DNA of 46,493 nucleotides, taken from Nemertoderma westbladi. Taxonomy: Eukaryota > Animalia > Xenacoelomorpha. The position numbers and the translations under genes are program-made. The stretch is from contig JAUCBJ010005218.1 of the NCBI GenBank assembly GCA_032718475.1, positions 1 to 46,493 on the forward strand. The letters are read 5' to 3'. The notes beneath the pieces are model-generated. The model saw only the letters and a program-made list of their open reading frames with translations, searched no databases and was not told where the DNA came from. This document shows positions 22,235-33,726 of this stretch, piece by piece (positions within the stretch are counted from its first letter, which is position 1; every line of letters starts with the position of its first letter).

Positions 22235-25200
22235 ATGGAGGCCGAAGGTCCACAATCCCTTTTAAATAATTTATGTGAACATTTCACAAATTCATCTCTC
22301 AAAGACTGTTTATTGGTTACCAATGAACAGAAACGATTGAATTTTTACAAGAAATATAAAGATATAATTTATAGAACTCTAATATTTGGCAAACCAGAGT
22401 ACCACAATAATATCGTAGTACCAAATGTTTGGGACAGTTTTCATTTCCAAGCTTATAATCTCCATCTGCAAGGCAGATCTCACGATGCAGAAGTATTAGT
22501 GGCTGGTTTAGATAATCTAAACGAATTAGTCGATAAATATTCTTTTATAAACGATTCATTGCAACTACTTCTTCTATTACAAACTTCTAATGAACCAGTG
22601 GGCGTTCCCCCCATAATCAATGACAGTGGTGGTATTGTATCAGTTATAAACCAACCCGAATGTACCGGTGCACCATTGCTCGGAAGATTCTTTTACGAGC
22701 TCAACACACCACTAAACTCCCCATCAGATGACCCGCTAGCCGGAGCTATGCACTCTCTGTTCTCACAGCAACTGGGAACCAACCTACATTGCAAAGAATT
22801 ATTCTCTCCCAACGATTCCTCTAATGGCGAGTCTATATATTCCACGCATATTTCTTCCTCTCGATTCTCTAGACTACAATATTGCCAAGGAGACATAATG
22901 TGGCGACTGGTTTCAGATGAGGATGAGGGATTCCAGTCTGGAAGTTCGTCGATTTCCTCCCCGGAGATTCGTGAAATGATTCCGTCAAAGAAAAAATACG
23001 ATGGTTCTTTATGGCTGGAAGCGCTGCGCCGACCTTCTAAAAATAATAAATCATGGGACATTAAAGCGAACTGCAACGTTACGAATTTTCCGCGACTTTC
23101 TGCAGCGAGTAACTCGACTTTGGATCTTTTATTCTACCAACGAATGTTGTTAACAGCTTCTTTGCACCCAGCATCGTACTACAAGATGTTCAAGGCGACG
23201 GAACTACAAGTTATAGACGGCTGTATAAAGGTTATGCTCGGAATTCCATCCCAGATATTCTATTGGAACATCGATAAAATGGAATTCCGTCCGGTTTTTG
23301 GTATTTACATCAGCGGTCGATCTCCACAAGCTATTAATAGTTTCTTAAATGAATTCTCCCTTGGTGGAACCGCTTACAATCGACTAAATTCTTTCATTAA
23401 CAAGTCCCTTACCGATAACGAAGGTTTAATAATGCGAGGGATGAAACAGAGTCTAAATAGGTACTTGAATCTTTACAGGGAGTTTGTTTTACAAGCGGAA
23501 AATATGAATCTAAGTTTAATTAAGTTTAAAAAGATTTACAGCGAATGTCTCGGAGAGATTTGTTATTTATGTAAAACCTGTCGGATTTCTGGTGATCCAA
23601 CCCCATTCGGAGGTGCTTTAATCTCACATTTGTACCAGAACTGCCTCTCAGCTGTGAGTCTCTCTCAGTACCGTCTTTCCCTCTCTTTGTTCAAGTCTGC
23701 TGTGGTCCCATACCTTGCCTACCTCACTGATTGGGTCTACCATGGTCGCATCAATGACAATGTCCACGAATTCCCTGTCAAGTTAAACACGAAATACGAG
23801 TCGTCTCGGGATAAATATTACTGGAGTTCGTCTTTCGTCCTGGAGAACCGACCCTTTCCGGTGTTTCTAGCGGAAATTACACGGGATATTTACATCTGCG
23901 GGAAGTCAATTAACTTACTGAAACTTTGTTACGAAGAACATTATTTCTGCAAGCAGAAATCGAGTCTAAATCGACCGCAACTTTCATTAGCTCTGAGTTT
24001 AAAAAAGCTGCATGAAACGACTGCGGCTGTTAATTCCTATATAACACAAGTTGAATCGATAGTTGAAGCTGAGAAACTCGCAGCCATGGACAATCAGCGA
24101 ATAAAATCGGAGATAAATCTGAGAAATCGAGAGAAACTCGTTAAGAAGGTGATGGAAGAGTTGGAGCTAGAAGAAGAATATCTTAAGAAGAAACAAAAAG
24201 AAGAAACTTTAAATAAAAGAAAACTTTGGGAAATGTTTAAGGAGGAAAGAGAGCGCGATAGTCAGCATAAAAGGGAAGAGAAATTGAAGGAAGAGGAGAT
24301 TAACAGACGAAGGACCGAAGCCGAGGAACTTAGGGAACGTCGTTTGGAAGACGCAGTTAAAGCCGAACTGTTGGAATTGTATGAGAGACGAACTCAAGCT
24401 GCAGAGTTGCGGGAGAGAAAGGAGGATTGGATTCGTAAGAGGAACGCGCTGAAACGCGATAGGGATGAATTGTTGTCCGAGTTGGAAGCCGAAGTTATTA
24501 AAAGCCACAACGAGTATCTTAATAAGGCAGAGATAGGTGCGGGTGATGGGCCGACAGAGTTGGTTGACAAAGCCGGTGTTTATGACTCGAAAGCGACAAC
24601 CTATGTATCCGGTGTGTCTCAAGGGAAGGATGAATGTATTCCTTCTAGGAGTCTCACGTCTAGCGGTGGTAAGATTGTCACACTCAGCCAGTTATCAACA
24701 GCTCATGTAAGTATCGACGGTAACATACAAGGTTATCCGTTAGTTAACGGGGATTCCCAGAGTGAGTCAGATGGTCTTTCCACTATAGTAGAGGAAACTG
24801 AACCTTCTGGCAGCGCCGATACCAGTGTCCTCGAGATCGGAGATATCGATGCTGACTTTGGTATTGATACTTCAATAAACCTCATGGAATTTATTTCACC
24901 TCCAAAAGCGAAACCCACAAGCGACTATCAAATAATCCCAGAGATTTACCAACATATAGAAACTGAAAGTATTGTTGGGACCTCAAAAAATAAACCAGCA
25001 AAACTTACCACGTTAGTTGAAATTCACGATAAAACAGCTCTGGAGGTCATCCATACTGATGTAACTCATAGCAAAGTGACTAATGCAGACGCTGCTGATC
25101 CTATGAGATACGTTATTGACTCAATCAAACATGATGACGATGATGATAAGGTTATTGGAAAAATAATGGATGGTAATGAGGTAGATGATTGTGGAGTAGT

Positions 25201-26605
25201 TTATAATAAGATAGTTGAAGTTGTAAATGTTGATGATTCAAACAATACTGTTGATGTTGCGAATATCGACGTAATTATTGACAGTTCAGATAATGATATA
25301 GTGGATAACATTGTTAGTTTCAATGCGCCTCTCCGCGCTAAAGAACCGCCTTCTCGTATAAAGGAGATGATTTATTTCGGATTAGGAGAGGACCAAGGCT
25401 CGCACTCAGTAGTAGATTCTACTGTTTCTATACTTTCCGACATGGAGGAAGTTGAATATCCACTCCAACCGTACAATAGCTACAGAGCTATGAATGATTC
25501 CCCATGCACTGATATCTTCCATAGAACCAATTCATCTTGTCTGCCGTTGGAGGGCGACCTGATAGCGTCGTCGTTGCACTCGCTACCAGTTCTTATTAAA
25601 CAATCTCTATTCACGCCTCTTCTTACTCATATATCTTTAGTAAACAAAGCTGTTGTTCATTACTACTTCGAAAATCTAAAGATTCAGTCTCATTTCTTGA
25701 GTCTCCGAAGTTACATGTTCCTTGAAGATGGAGAATTCTCATTGTCCATGACAGACGCCTTGTTCCGTAATGTTAGCAACGTGGCACTGACCTCCTTATA
25801 CTCACCGGGGTCTATAAATAGCATCCTAAACACTTCAATTGACCAATCACAACGGGCCTCCAATGACCGTAACACTCAGTGGCTTTCTTTCGCACTTAAA
25901 GACGAACCAAGATACGATTCGGTTTACACCCACAACTACATGGATTGTCTAACACTGATGTATAAAGCGCCGTGGCCTGTTAATATTATTATTACTGACT
26001 CGGCGCTTTTTAAATATAACAAGATATTTTCTTTTATGATTCAACTTAAACGCGTTTCGTGGTCTTTGAAACAAAGCAATTGTATATTGCGAGAAATCTC
26101 AGAGAGATCCTACCATATTCATTTCGTACAGATTTCCCACAGGCATATGTTGCTATTCATATCGGTTATCTTGGGTTACGTTTCTAACCATATCGTACAT
26201 GTATGCTGGTTGGAGTTCCAGAAGGAGTTAGAGTCAGTATCCAGTCTGGACCATCTCAAAGAGGTACATTCGGACTATCTCAACCGTGCGATTTTTGTTT
26301 GTTTACTTAACGATAAAGCGGCTCCGGTAATGAAGGTGATAACGAGTATGTTCGATACGATTCTCGAGTTCAACCAGCTGGTTCGACAATCCTATCTCTC
26401 AGCGGAGAGCGGCGAAATGCCCCTCTCAGTGTCGATAGAAAGGAGTTTCAATCGTCTCAAGTCACTTTACTTTCAGTTCCATAAACTGTCTCTGTTTCTT
26501 TACAGGGTTGTTGATAAATTAATTGCCTCGGGTTATCAGCCGCATTTAGATGACTTTTTGCTTAGATTGAATTTTAACGGTTACTATGAACGTCAATTAA
26601 TCTGA
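22235..26605 (+). CDS. TUBGCP6: Gamma-tubulin complex component 6 (GCP6); single coding exon
   Basis: Uninterrupted 1456-aa ORF. It has a GRIP1-like region (PYLAYLTDWVYHGRINDNVHEF...PVFLAEITRDIYICGKSINLLKLC), a long charged coiled-coil plus low-complexity insertion typical of GCP6, and a GRIP2-like region (LRSYMFLEDGEFS...YKAPWPVNIIIT...KYNKIFSF...GYQPHLDDFLLRLNFNGYY). Confidence 0.93.
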   Translation: MEAEGPQSLLNNLCEHFTNSSLKDCLLVTNEQKRLNFYKKYKDIIYRTLIFGKPEYHNNIVVPNVWDSFHFQAYNLHLQGRSHDAEVLVAGLDNLNELVDKYSFINDSLQLLLLLQTSNEPVGVPPIINDSGGIVSVINQPECTGAPLLGRFFYELNTPLNSPSDDPLAGAMHSLFSQQLGTNLHCKELFSPNDSSNGESIYSTHISSSRFSRLQYCQGDIMWRLVSDEDEGFQSGSSSISSPEIREMIPSKKKYDGSLWLEALRRPSKNNKSWDIKANCNVTNFPRLSAASNSTLDLLFYQRMLLTASLHPASYYKMFKATELQVIDGCIKVMLGIPSQIFYWNIDKMEFRPVFGIYISGRSPQAINSFLNEFSLGGTAYNRLNSFINKSLTDNEGLIMRGMKQSLNRYLNLYREFVLQAENMNLSLIKFKKIYSECLGEICYLCKTCRISGDPTPFGGALISHLYQNCLSAVSLSQYRLSLSLFKSAVVPYLAYLTDWVYHGRINDNVHEFPVKLNTKYESSRDKYYWSSSFVLENRPFPVFLAEITRDIYICGKSINLLKLCYEEHYFCKQKSSLNRPQLSLALSLKKLHETTAAVNSYITQVESIVEAEKLAAMDNQRIKSEINLRNREKLVKKVMEELELEEEYLKKKQKEETLNKRKLWEMFKEERERDSQHKREEKLKEEEINRRRTEAEELRERRLEDAVKAELLELYERRTQAAELRERKEDWIRKRNALKRDRDELLSELEAEVIKSHNEYLNKAEIGAGDGPTELVDKAGVYDSKATTYVSGVSQGKDECIPSRSLTSSGGKIVTLSQLSTAHVSIDGNIQGYPLVNGDSQSESDGLSTIVEETEPSGSADTSVLEIGDIDADFGIDTSINLMEFISPPKAKPTSDYQIIPEIYQHIETESIVGTSKNKPAKLTTLVEIHDKTALEVIHTDVTHSKVTNADAADPMRYVIDSIKHDDDDDKVIGKIMDGNEVDDCGVVYNKIVEVVNVDDSNNTVDVANIDVIIDSSDNDIVDNIVSFNAPLRAKEPPSRIKEMIYFGLGEDQGSHSVVDSTVSILSDMEEVEYPLQPYNSYRAMNDSPCTDIFHRTNSSCLPLEGDLIASSLHSLPVLIKQSLFTPLLTHISLVNKAVVHYYFENLKIQSHFLSLRSYMFLEDGEFSLSMTDALFRNVSNVALTSLYSPGSINSILNTSIDQSQRASNDRNTQWLSFALKDEPRYDSVYTHNYMDCLTLMYKAPWPVNIIITDSALFKYNKIFSFMIQLKRVSWSLKQSNCILREISERSYHIHFVQISHRHMLLFISVILGYVSNHIVHVCWLEFQKELESVSSLDHLKEVHSDYLNRAIFVCLLNDKAAPVMKVITSMFDTILEFNQLVRQSYLSAESGEMPLSVSIERSFNRLKSLYFQFHKLSLFLYRVVDKLIASGYQPHLDDFLLRLNFNGYYERQLI

Positions 26606-26784
26606 AGGATCATAACGCTTTGATATACTGCCTTATAGTTCTTAGCTTTATATATTCTGTACATTTTGTAATATATTTTTTCGATTATTTGTACATCGTC
26701 AAGAGCTGATTTATCAATTATTATTATATAAGACGCCTCACTCTTTCAATATATGTGAATGTGGCTCTGAAAAAATTCATTCCA

Positions 26785-26790
26785 AATAAA
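26785..26790 (+). terminator. Candidate polyadenylation signal of TUBGCP6
   Basis: AATAAA 180 bp after the stop codon, followed by T-rich sequence. The AT-rich context lowers specificity. Confidence 0.45.
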
Positions 26791-26872
26791 TATAATACAA
26801 GTTTTTATCGAATGATACTTGATACATTTTAATACAATTTACTTTACTGATCGTGTGGAATAACGTCGCCGT

Positions 26873-28711
26873 TTCATACCTTTACCGCTAAATCAGCAAA
26901 ACTTTATATTCGGCCACTGTGACTTTTAAAACGGCAAAAAGTGCAAATTTTATGCGAAATTTAGTACCTTTTATCATTCAATACCTTTTTTCATGCTGAA
27001 AACGAATCGGATAATAAAATTTTGATTCAGGTTGTGGAAAGTTATTGAGCTAAAAATAAAATTTTCTCCCAAAGTCTATAGATTTTCAAGTAGAACGTGA
27101 TTTCAAATTCCAAAGTCTATATTTTAATGTAGTCTTTGGATATACAATCGATTAGTAATTGCTAATCTAATTAGCTCAAAGTCTGTCAAGTTATATTTCA
27201 CAGTGTTACTACAGTAATTCACTGTCTACATTATAGTTGGAAAGCGGGAGTAAAGTAACAGCACACACTAATATCTCATGGCAGACCATTTTATACACAA
27301 TTCCGTCCAGCTGATAATAACACTCCGGATAATACCGCACTGGATAATGAACGCACCGTATATGAAATAATAATTGTATGACAGTTATGTTCCAGTTATC
27401 AATCATTATAGAAAAAAGTACAAAGAAACTTTTCAGACGAAATTTTTAAAAAATATGCCTTTAAACAAATAACGAATATAACAACTGAAGTATTGTAACA
27501 TCGAATTTAGCAGACAAGAACCAAATAATTACTGTTTATACTGTAACTAATGATTTATAAATAAAATATACGCCGAATCCATTTAGAACGATATGTTCTA
27601 GAGCGCTTTTGGTAGTGATGTTACAGAGCGTTTTAGAACAGTGTTTAAGAAATTTGCACACTGTTTTACATATCTTTTCACCTTCAGAGCGCTGTTTATG
27701 GGTTTTATATATATATTTGTATATTACACCAAGAAGGTATTAGTTTGCCACAAGTGTTATAAGTTTAGTAAGTTTAATAAGTTTAGTGTCATTTAAAAAA
27801 TGACACTAAAAAGACTACTCCTCCGTTATTTCCCATTTTGATTTTCCGATACCATATTTTTTGGAATCAGCATGTTAAATTTTATCATATTCTTCGGCCA
27901 CTTTTTTTATTTTCATTTTCTATTTCTGATAATTGGCAATTTTGTAAATAAAAATTCAAAATTTTTTAAAAATTTAAAAAATACACGTTTTTAATGTATT
28001 TTCTTAAAAAAAATGTGGAAATCCAAAAATCTGAAATCAAAAAAAGTGGCCGAAAAATATTAAAGTTTATTAAATTTCCTTTCATAAAAATCACAAAAGA
28101 AGTTAAGAAATGGCGGATGAGTAGTGTTTTTTTTTTGTAAAAAATGTAGTTCGTTATAATTTAAAAATGCAGTTTTCACTTTTAATGAAATTTAGCAAGT
28201 CTATCTGTCTGTCCGTTATATTTTAACGGACAGACTGACAGGCTTACATGCACGAACGACGAAGCCAAATTTGATACTGATATCAGGAATGAAGTTACGG
28301 ACCATGAAAACCAATATTGGAAATTTTTTAGACAGATAGTATGAATTCCATTGTTTTGGAGACATACTGTCGGACAGACCGACAGTAAAACGGACAGACA
28401 GCCATATATCGAGAAGTAAGGCAGATCTTGCTAAACGGTTTTCATATTTGGAATCTTGAATAAATTCTGCTCCAGATGAAATTTAAAAAAAAAATCGAAA
28501 ATTTTAACCAGGGGAGGTTAATGGGTTACAGATTTGACCAGTTTTGCAGATTTGCCTACCTGAATTCACAGATGCTACGGGAGGGAATTTTTTGATAATT
28601 GATCGGTGTCGACAGATATCCTGTGCCGAATTTAATCGATTTCAAATCTACAAACATTTTTCAATTATTATATCAAACCATTTAATTTGGCTCCCAAGGT
28701 AAAGATATGAA
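26873..28711. mobile_element. Possible old non-autonomous TIR element with internal foldback
   Basis: 14-bp inverted repeat with one mismatch (TTCATACCTTTACC / GGTAAAGATATGAA). Internal diverged palindrome at ~27815-28125 (TTCGGCCACTTTTTTT / AAAAAAAGTGGCCGAA). CGGACAGAC repeats at 28200-28400. Confidence 0.35.
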
Positions 28712-29518
28712 TGAAGTTGCTAAATTGTGTTGTTATTGTCGAACATTGCAACTATGCTTTCTTATATTCGAAATATGACGACGGAATCTCAAGACATACT
28801 GAAATTAAAGGACTTCTATCCCTGAATACTGTAGGTTATAACAAACCCAAAGGCAGCCCCAAGTATTCAAGTAGTGAACTTCGTTTTGCTCTGTTACTGA
28901 TATATACATCCAATAGTGCATACAAGGTAGGCTATGTCAAACACGATTACAGTAAAATCTATTTAATATTATTCTAATTATATATAAAATTATTTTTGTT
29001 ATTTATATGGAAGTCAGGTTTGTTATTGTTTTTTTTTACCAAGCCCGAGCGTAGCGAGGTTAATTAGAAACGAGAGCAAAGTGAAAATATGTTCCTTTAT
29101 TTAGTGTCTAGTTTATGTTACTATCTACCGATGCAGTACCTTAATGCAGTTTGTACCGATGAATGTAAATCCCATTACAAATTTATTAAGTTAAATATTT
29201 GTTATTAGGTTAAATAGGCGTTAAATAACGAGTTATGTGGTTCTAGAGTGCCCAATATCCAAGTAACCAATGGTACGGTAAGCTACTGTACTGTAGTACT
29301 GTACAGTAGTTTGATTTGCATTGTGCTAAAGTGTCTGTTGACAGTGTTATAACGGCCCCTACGCCAAAGTGGTGAGGGTTGGATCTCGATGGGTATCAAC
29401 ACAATAAAGTATATAATATATCAGGTCAGTATATATTATCACAACTAGTCTGATACCAGCAAACACAGACTGCACGGTCGGTACCAGGCTACTGGTAGAC
29501 GGAGGTAGGAAAGGTAGG

Positions 29519-30790
29519 TACTACTACTACTAGGATCGGCATGCTGCATTGCAGCTGCATTTTTAAGAATGCTGTGCCGGCTTGTCAACAAAATTGCACC
29601 GCCACAACTCCCTATCACCCATGACATTTGCTAGATCATCCGCATCTTCAAGGCCAGTGTCCTTTAAGATGCTTCTCAAGAAAGTCATGGGCTGTCCACC
29701 ATGCTTATTCACTCCATGAGGCTGCCAAAGTACAAGATTATGCACTGGCTGGTCCTCACGGCGAAAGCAATGTCCTGCAAAGCGGAGGCGATTTTGTTCT
29801 AATGTCAAGCTTGGGGGAACCAATGAGACACCTCCAATGTTATATAGTGTGTGGTTGGAGATGTGTGCATTGTACTTGACACAATGAATCCGGCGTAGCA
29901 TTCTTGTGAATGTGCCATCCAGAGATTTGGTGTCCTCAGCAGTTAGAGCCCAGCATGGACTCCCATAGAGGAGTACTGGAACTACTGCTGCTCTAAATAA
30001 TCGGACCTTAAGTTTCCGATTAATTCTCGGTGACTTACAAATCCTGGAAAGCCTATTCAAGGCTGCCCATGCCTTTCCCTTACGTATTCGAAGGTCCTCA
30101 CCTGACTTCCGGATCCATGATCCCAGGTAACAGAAGTCGTCCACATGCTCAAGCATACCATCCTTTGAGCTTATGCTCATCCGATCAGAGACTGGCTGAG
30201 GACTTTCAAAGTTAACTGTCAAAATTTTGGTCTTTCTGGAGTTAATAAAAAGACCAACACTAGAAGCAGCATGTTCTAATGAGCTGAGGAGCCGTTGGGC
30301 TCCCTCTAGTGATTCTGAGAGTACTCATAAGTCATCAGCAAAGTCTAGATCAGTTAGGTACTTGGCTTGAATTCCTCGACTTCTGGAGCCAGTAGGTGGA
30401 GTTATCATCACCCCATCATCATTATGATGATCTAAGGACATGCGTAGAACATAGTCAACCACAATAATGAACAAGAATGGTGCAAGTGTGTCTTCTTGGA
30501 GGACGCCCCATAACACTTCAAATGGTTCTGTGTCACCGTCAACAGTAGACACAAATGTTGTCGAACCATCGTATACTGATCTGATTGCTGCAATAATTTC
30601 ATCAGGAATCCCATATAATGAAAGTATGCTGAACATACGTGAGCGAGAGACTGAATCAAAGGCCTTGAAGAAGTCAACAAAGATAACAGCCTGTCGTTCT
30701 TTTTTGAAAATTCTTCAATTATCCTTCTAAGTGCCAAAATGGGCTCCATGGTCCCACGACCTTTACGGAACCCATTCTGATTTAGGTAGG
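29519..30790 (-). mobile_element. 5'-truncated, decayed RTE-like LINE (RT domain to 3' tail)
   Basis: QNGFRKGRGTMEPILALRRIIEE, GVLQEDTLAPFLFIIVVDYVLR, LTDLDFADDL, VDDFCYLGSW and RLRFAGHCFR across frameshifted ORFs. A (TAG)n tail at 29519-29532 follows shortly after the stop. Confidence 0.9.
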
Positions 30791-30826
30791 TAACTATACT
30801 GATATATCGGTAAGATAGTGCTGCCA

Positions 30827-31327
30827 TGTAACACAGCCAGACCGAGGCCCCTTCGACAGTGCGGTACCTGTGGGGCCTTAAGTCTATATCCACCACAATC
30901 TACTTATGCTATATATATGCTAGACCTAACGTGCGCCAGCCGTTTCTTTCATTTTCTTTCACTTATGACCTCATCAGGTGAGAGGGTTTCGAAACTGGTA
31001 TGCAAAACTTTCAGTTTCAGGTACTGCATAATGCAAACAGTAAGTACAGTATATGGTACTGGCATATAAGTAACGATAACAACAATGTTGCCAAGCAAAA
31101 CTGCAGTTTCAAAGGGTGCTAAATGCAATTATTTTGCATATAACTATGAAAAGAACTCGAAATGTAGAAATGTCCAGTCTAATGGGTTGGAAAGCTAGGG
31201 TGACTAACTACAGTATAACTAATGCAAAAGAACATTAAACAAAGCAACAACATCACTGCTATTCGAGAATAGTAGATGCTTAACAACTTAATATGATAAA
31301 ATCCTGCCTGAGTCAATATAAGGAACA
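30827..31327 (-). repeat. Candidate 3' LTR of the Gypsy remnant
   Basis: On the minus strand a purine tract GAAGAGTAGGGA is directly followed by TGTTCC (31327). The possible ...GTTACA end at 30827 is uncertain, and no partner LTR is present in the window. Confidence 0.35.
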
Positions 31328-32792
31328 TCCCTACTCTTCATAGCCATAACGCATGGGGGGTCGGCGTGTCCGTATTGGGCAATGGGAAGTTGACTGAGGT
31401 GACGGTATACCGGGCGCTGGACGCTCATTATTGGGATCGAGTCATGGGAGGCCAAGTGCTGGGGGTTCGCGAGGTTTGCTACCACAGGGTGGCACTGGTG
31501 GGTCTTCATCGCTTGATTCTCTTGATCGCGACTGTGTGGGTGCCTGTGTGGGTTCATGTTCAATATTGCGGCACCAGGTAGCACTCTGCGCGGGGTACTC
31601 GGTACGTTTGGGCACGAAGTTGGGAACCGATAAATTTTCGGATGTTGATCCAATCATCATCGACTGAAGATACAATGTATCGAGGGCGACCATGTAACTT
31701 TGAGCCGTCAGCACAGAGGTGAATTAAATCACCCATTTGTATCGGTGAGTGTGGTGCGGCTAAGGAGGATGTTGCTGGAAGTCTGCACTTAGCCTTCATA
31801 CTGGTGGAATGATTGGTTGCCTGGTTGCGATGTTGGTGAAGGATGAGGGCATCGTCATCGAGTGGTAGTTGGTCGCCATAAACTGATCTGATCACGTTGG
31901 TTGATAATTTCGCGGGCTGACAGACCACTGTGGCGTATGCGTTGGTTCAGATTAGCAACAGCGATTTCTTGTGACATGGTGGAAAATGGCCCCCGGAGAG
32001 GTGCAAGCGGAGGAGTTCTTCCTCAAGTTCGCGAACACCATTTTGTGACACCACCATGAACGAGGAGGTCGCCAAGGACATATGTCATAAGTTCCTCAAG
32101 GGCTGTTCTGAGCCCAGCATGCCTATGGCTGAACGAATTTAGACACAGACACCATGGAAGGGGGTGACAACACCACAGAACTTATAGGAGTCTTGGCTGA
32201 GGGGAATCTGGTAAAATGCGCTTGTTAATTCAGTTTTAATTAGGAACTTATACTGGCCAAGAGAGGAGATAGTGGAGTTCACATCAGGTAATAGGGAGGG
32301 TTGGGGATTGGCATATTTAGCGACTTCGTTAAATGCAGTGACTAAGCGAGTTCCACCATTTGGTTTAGCAACAAGGAATGAGGGACTTAGGTGCTCCACA
32401 CGGGCACCAACACTCAGGAGTTGCGAATACACCAAGTGCCTCCAACTCATCGAACTGCTCTTGGAGTTCGACCAAGCGGTTGCGCCCATACTGGGGAATA
32501 CAGCCTTTAGTCTGTGGGGGTAGGGTGGGACCCATATTCACAGTGGCTTCAAATGGCCCAGCAGCGCCGTTATAGCCTGGGTAAACTGGTGAGAACAAGG
32601 TGAAGTGGCGATTGAGGATCAGCGAAAATTGTAGGCGTTCTGCTAGCATGAGTATGTAGTCCGGGTCAAGATGTCATGTATGTTGGATTTTGGAGGATCA
32701 GAACCTCTTGGCCGTCATGCGGAAGGAGAGGTAAGAAGATCTGACTCCGATGTATCAAGCGCAGGTGTGACACGTGCAATGTGGACTGGACA
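31328..32792 (-). mobile_element. Decayed, internally deleted Ty3/Gypsy LTR retrotransposon pol
   Basis: RT N-terminal half ([19 protein letters not shown]...[29 protein letters not shown]) and an integrase C-terminal-like segment (IQMGDLIHL...RYIVSSVDDDWINIRKFIGSQLRAQTYRV), with many frameshifts. Confidence 0.85.
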
Positions 32793-32794
32793 TA

Positions 32795-33700
32795 TCGATT
32801 GTTTGACTTAATTCCCTCAATCAGTCTCCGTAGCGCAAGTATCTGAGCTATTGTTGATCTATTTGGTCGAAATCCATTTTGGCTCTTACTCAGGAGTTTC
32901 TTTATGTGAGGTCTAATTCTATATGTAATCATTTTGTTGTATATTTTGGCAGCTACCACAAGCAGACAGGTCTCCAGGGGAGAGGCTTTAGTTGACTTTT
33001 AGTCCAAATTGGTGGTGGATTTTCCCCTTTTAACATCCAGTTGCAAACATTCAATAATGGTCTGTTTAGCACTCCTGTTTTCCATACCTCTGCAGGGATT
33101 TCATCCAATCCACTCGCTTTATGATTGGGCATGCTCTTAATGCTTCTTTGGAGTTCGGCGGGTATGAAGTCCCCTGTTTCTATAGGTAGTGTCTTGTCAT
33201 ATATTTTCCTTGTAGGGCAGACCTCGGTGTTTGGTAGCTGCACAGTGCCCAATCAAGGTTCTGAAGTGATCTTTCCATTTCCCAACACATTCTTCAGGAC
33301 TATCAGCTTTGAGGCGCCCCTTAGCACAACTTTTCCGACCAGATACCTCATTTACAGTTTGCCAGGTAAGTTTTTAATTTTAATTTTGCAGCATGCCGAT
33401 CCTAGTTTCATGTATGTACTTCTCCTGGCTGATGATGGAGGCCAATTTAAGATCTTCCTTAGCTTCTCAACCTTGTTGATGTTTTCGGTTGTTGGTTGTT
33501 CGATTTTTACTTTATAGGCTATCTTAAGACCTTCTCTCTTAAAAGTAACCTCAGAGTCTTGCCATGGCACATAATGTTTTCGTTTGGGTTTCTGGGGAAT
33601 ATGCCTCTTGGCGGATATTCTGGTATATTGAATCGGTAGACTGGTCTTCATCCATTGACTGAAGTACTTCAAAGCGGTTTTGAACCATTGTCAGTTCTGA
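32795..33700 (-). mobile_element. Second decayed RTE-like LINE fragment (tether to RT start)
   Basis: VQNRFEVLQ, IPQKPKRKHYVPW, SMPNHKASGLDEIPAEVWK and AAKIYNKMITYRIRPHIKKLLSKSQNGFRPNRSTIAQILALRRLIEG. Confidence 0.85.
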
Positions 33701-33726
33701 GTTCTCCCAGTCACAGTTTCAATCAT

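Noticed and set aside
22693-24918. Antisense ORFs inside TUBGCP6
   Set aside because: Shadow ORFs of a long coding sequence with no independent features.
29449-29458. tRNA-Met primer-binding site (TGGTATCAGA on the minus strand)
   Set aside because: It is not preceded by an LTR-type ...CA end and lies on the wrong side of the Gypsy remnant, so it may be chance or an unrelated fragment.
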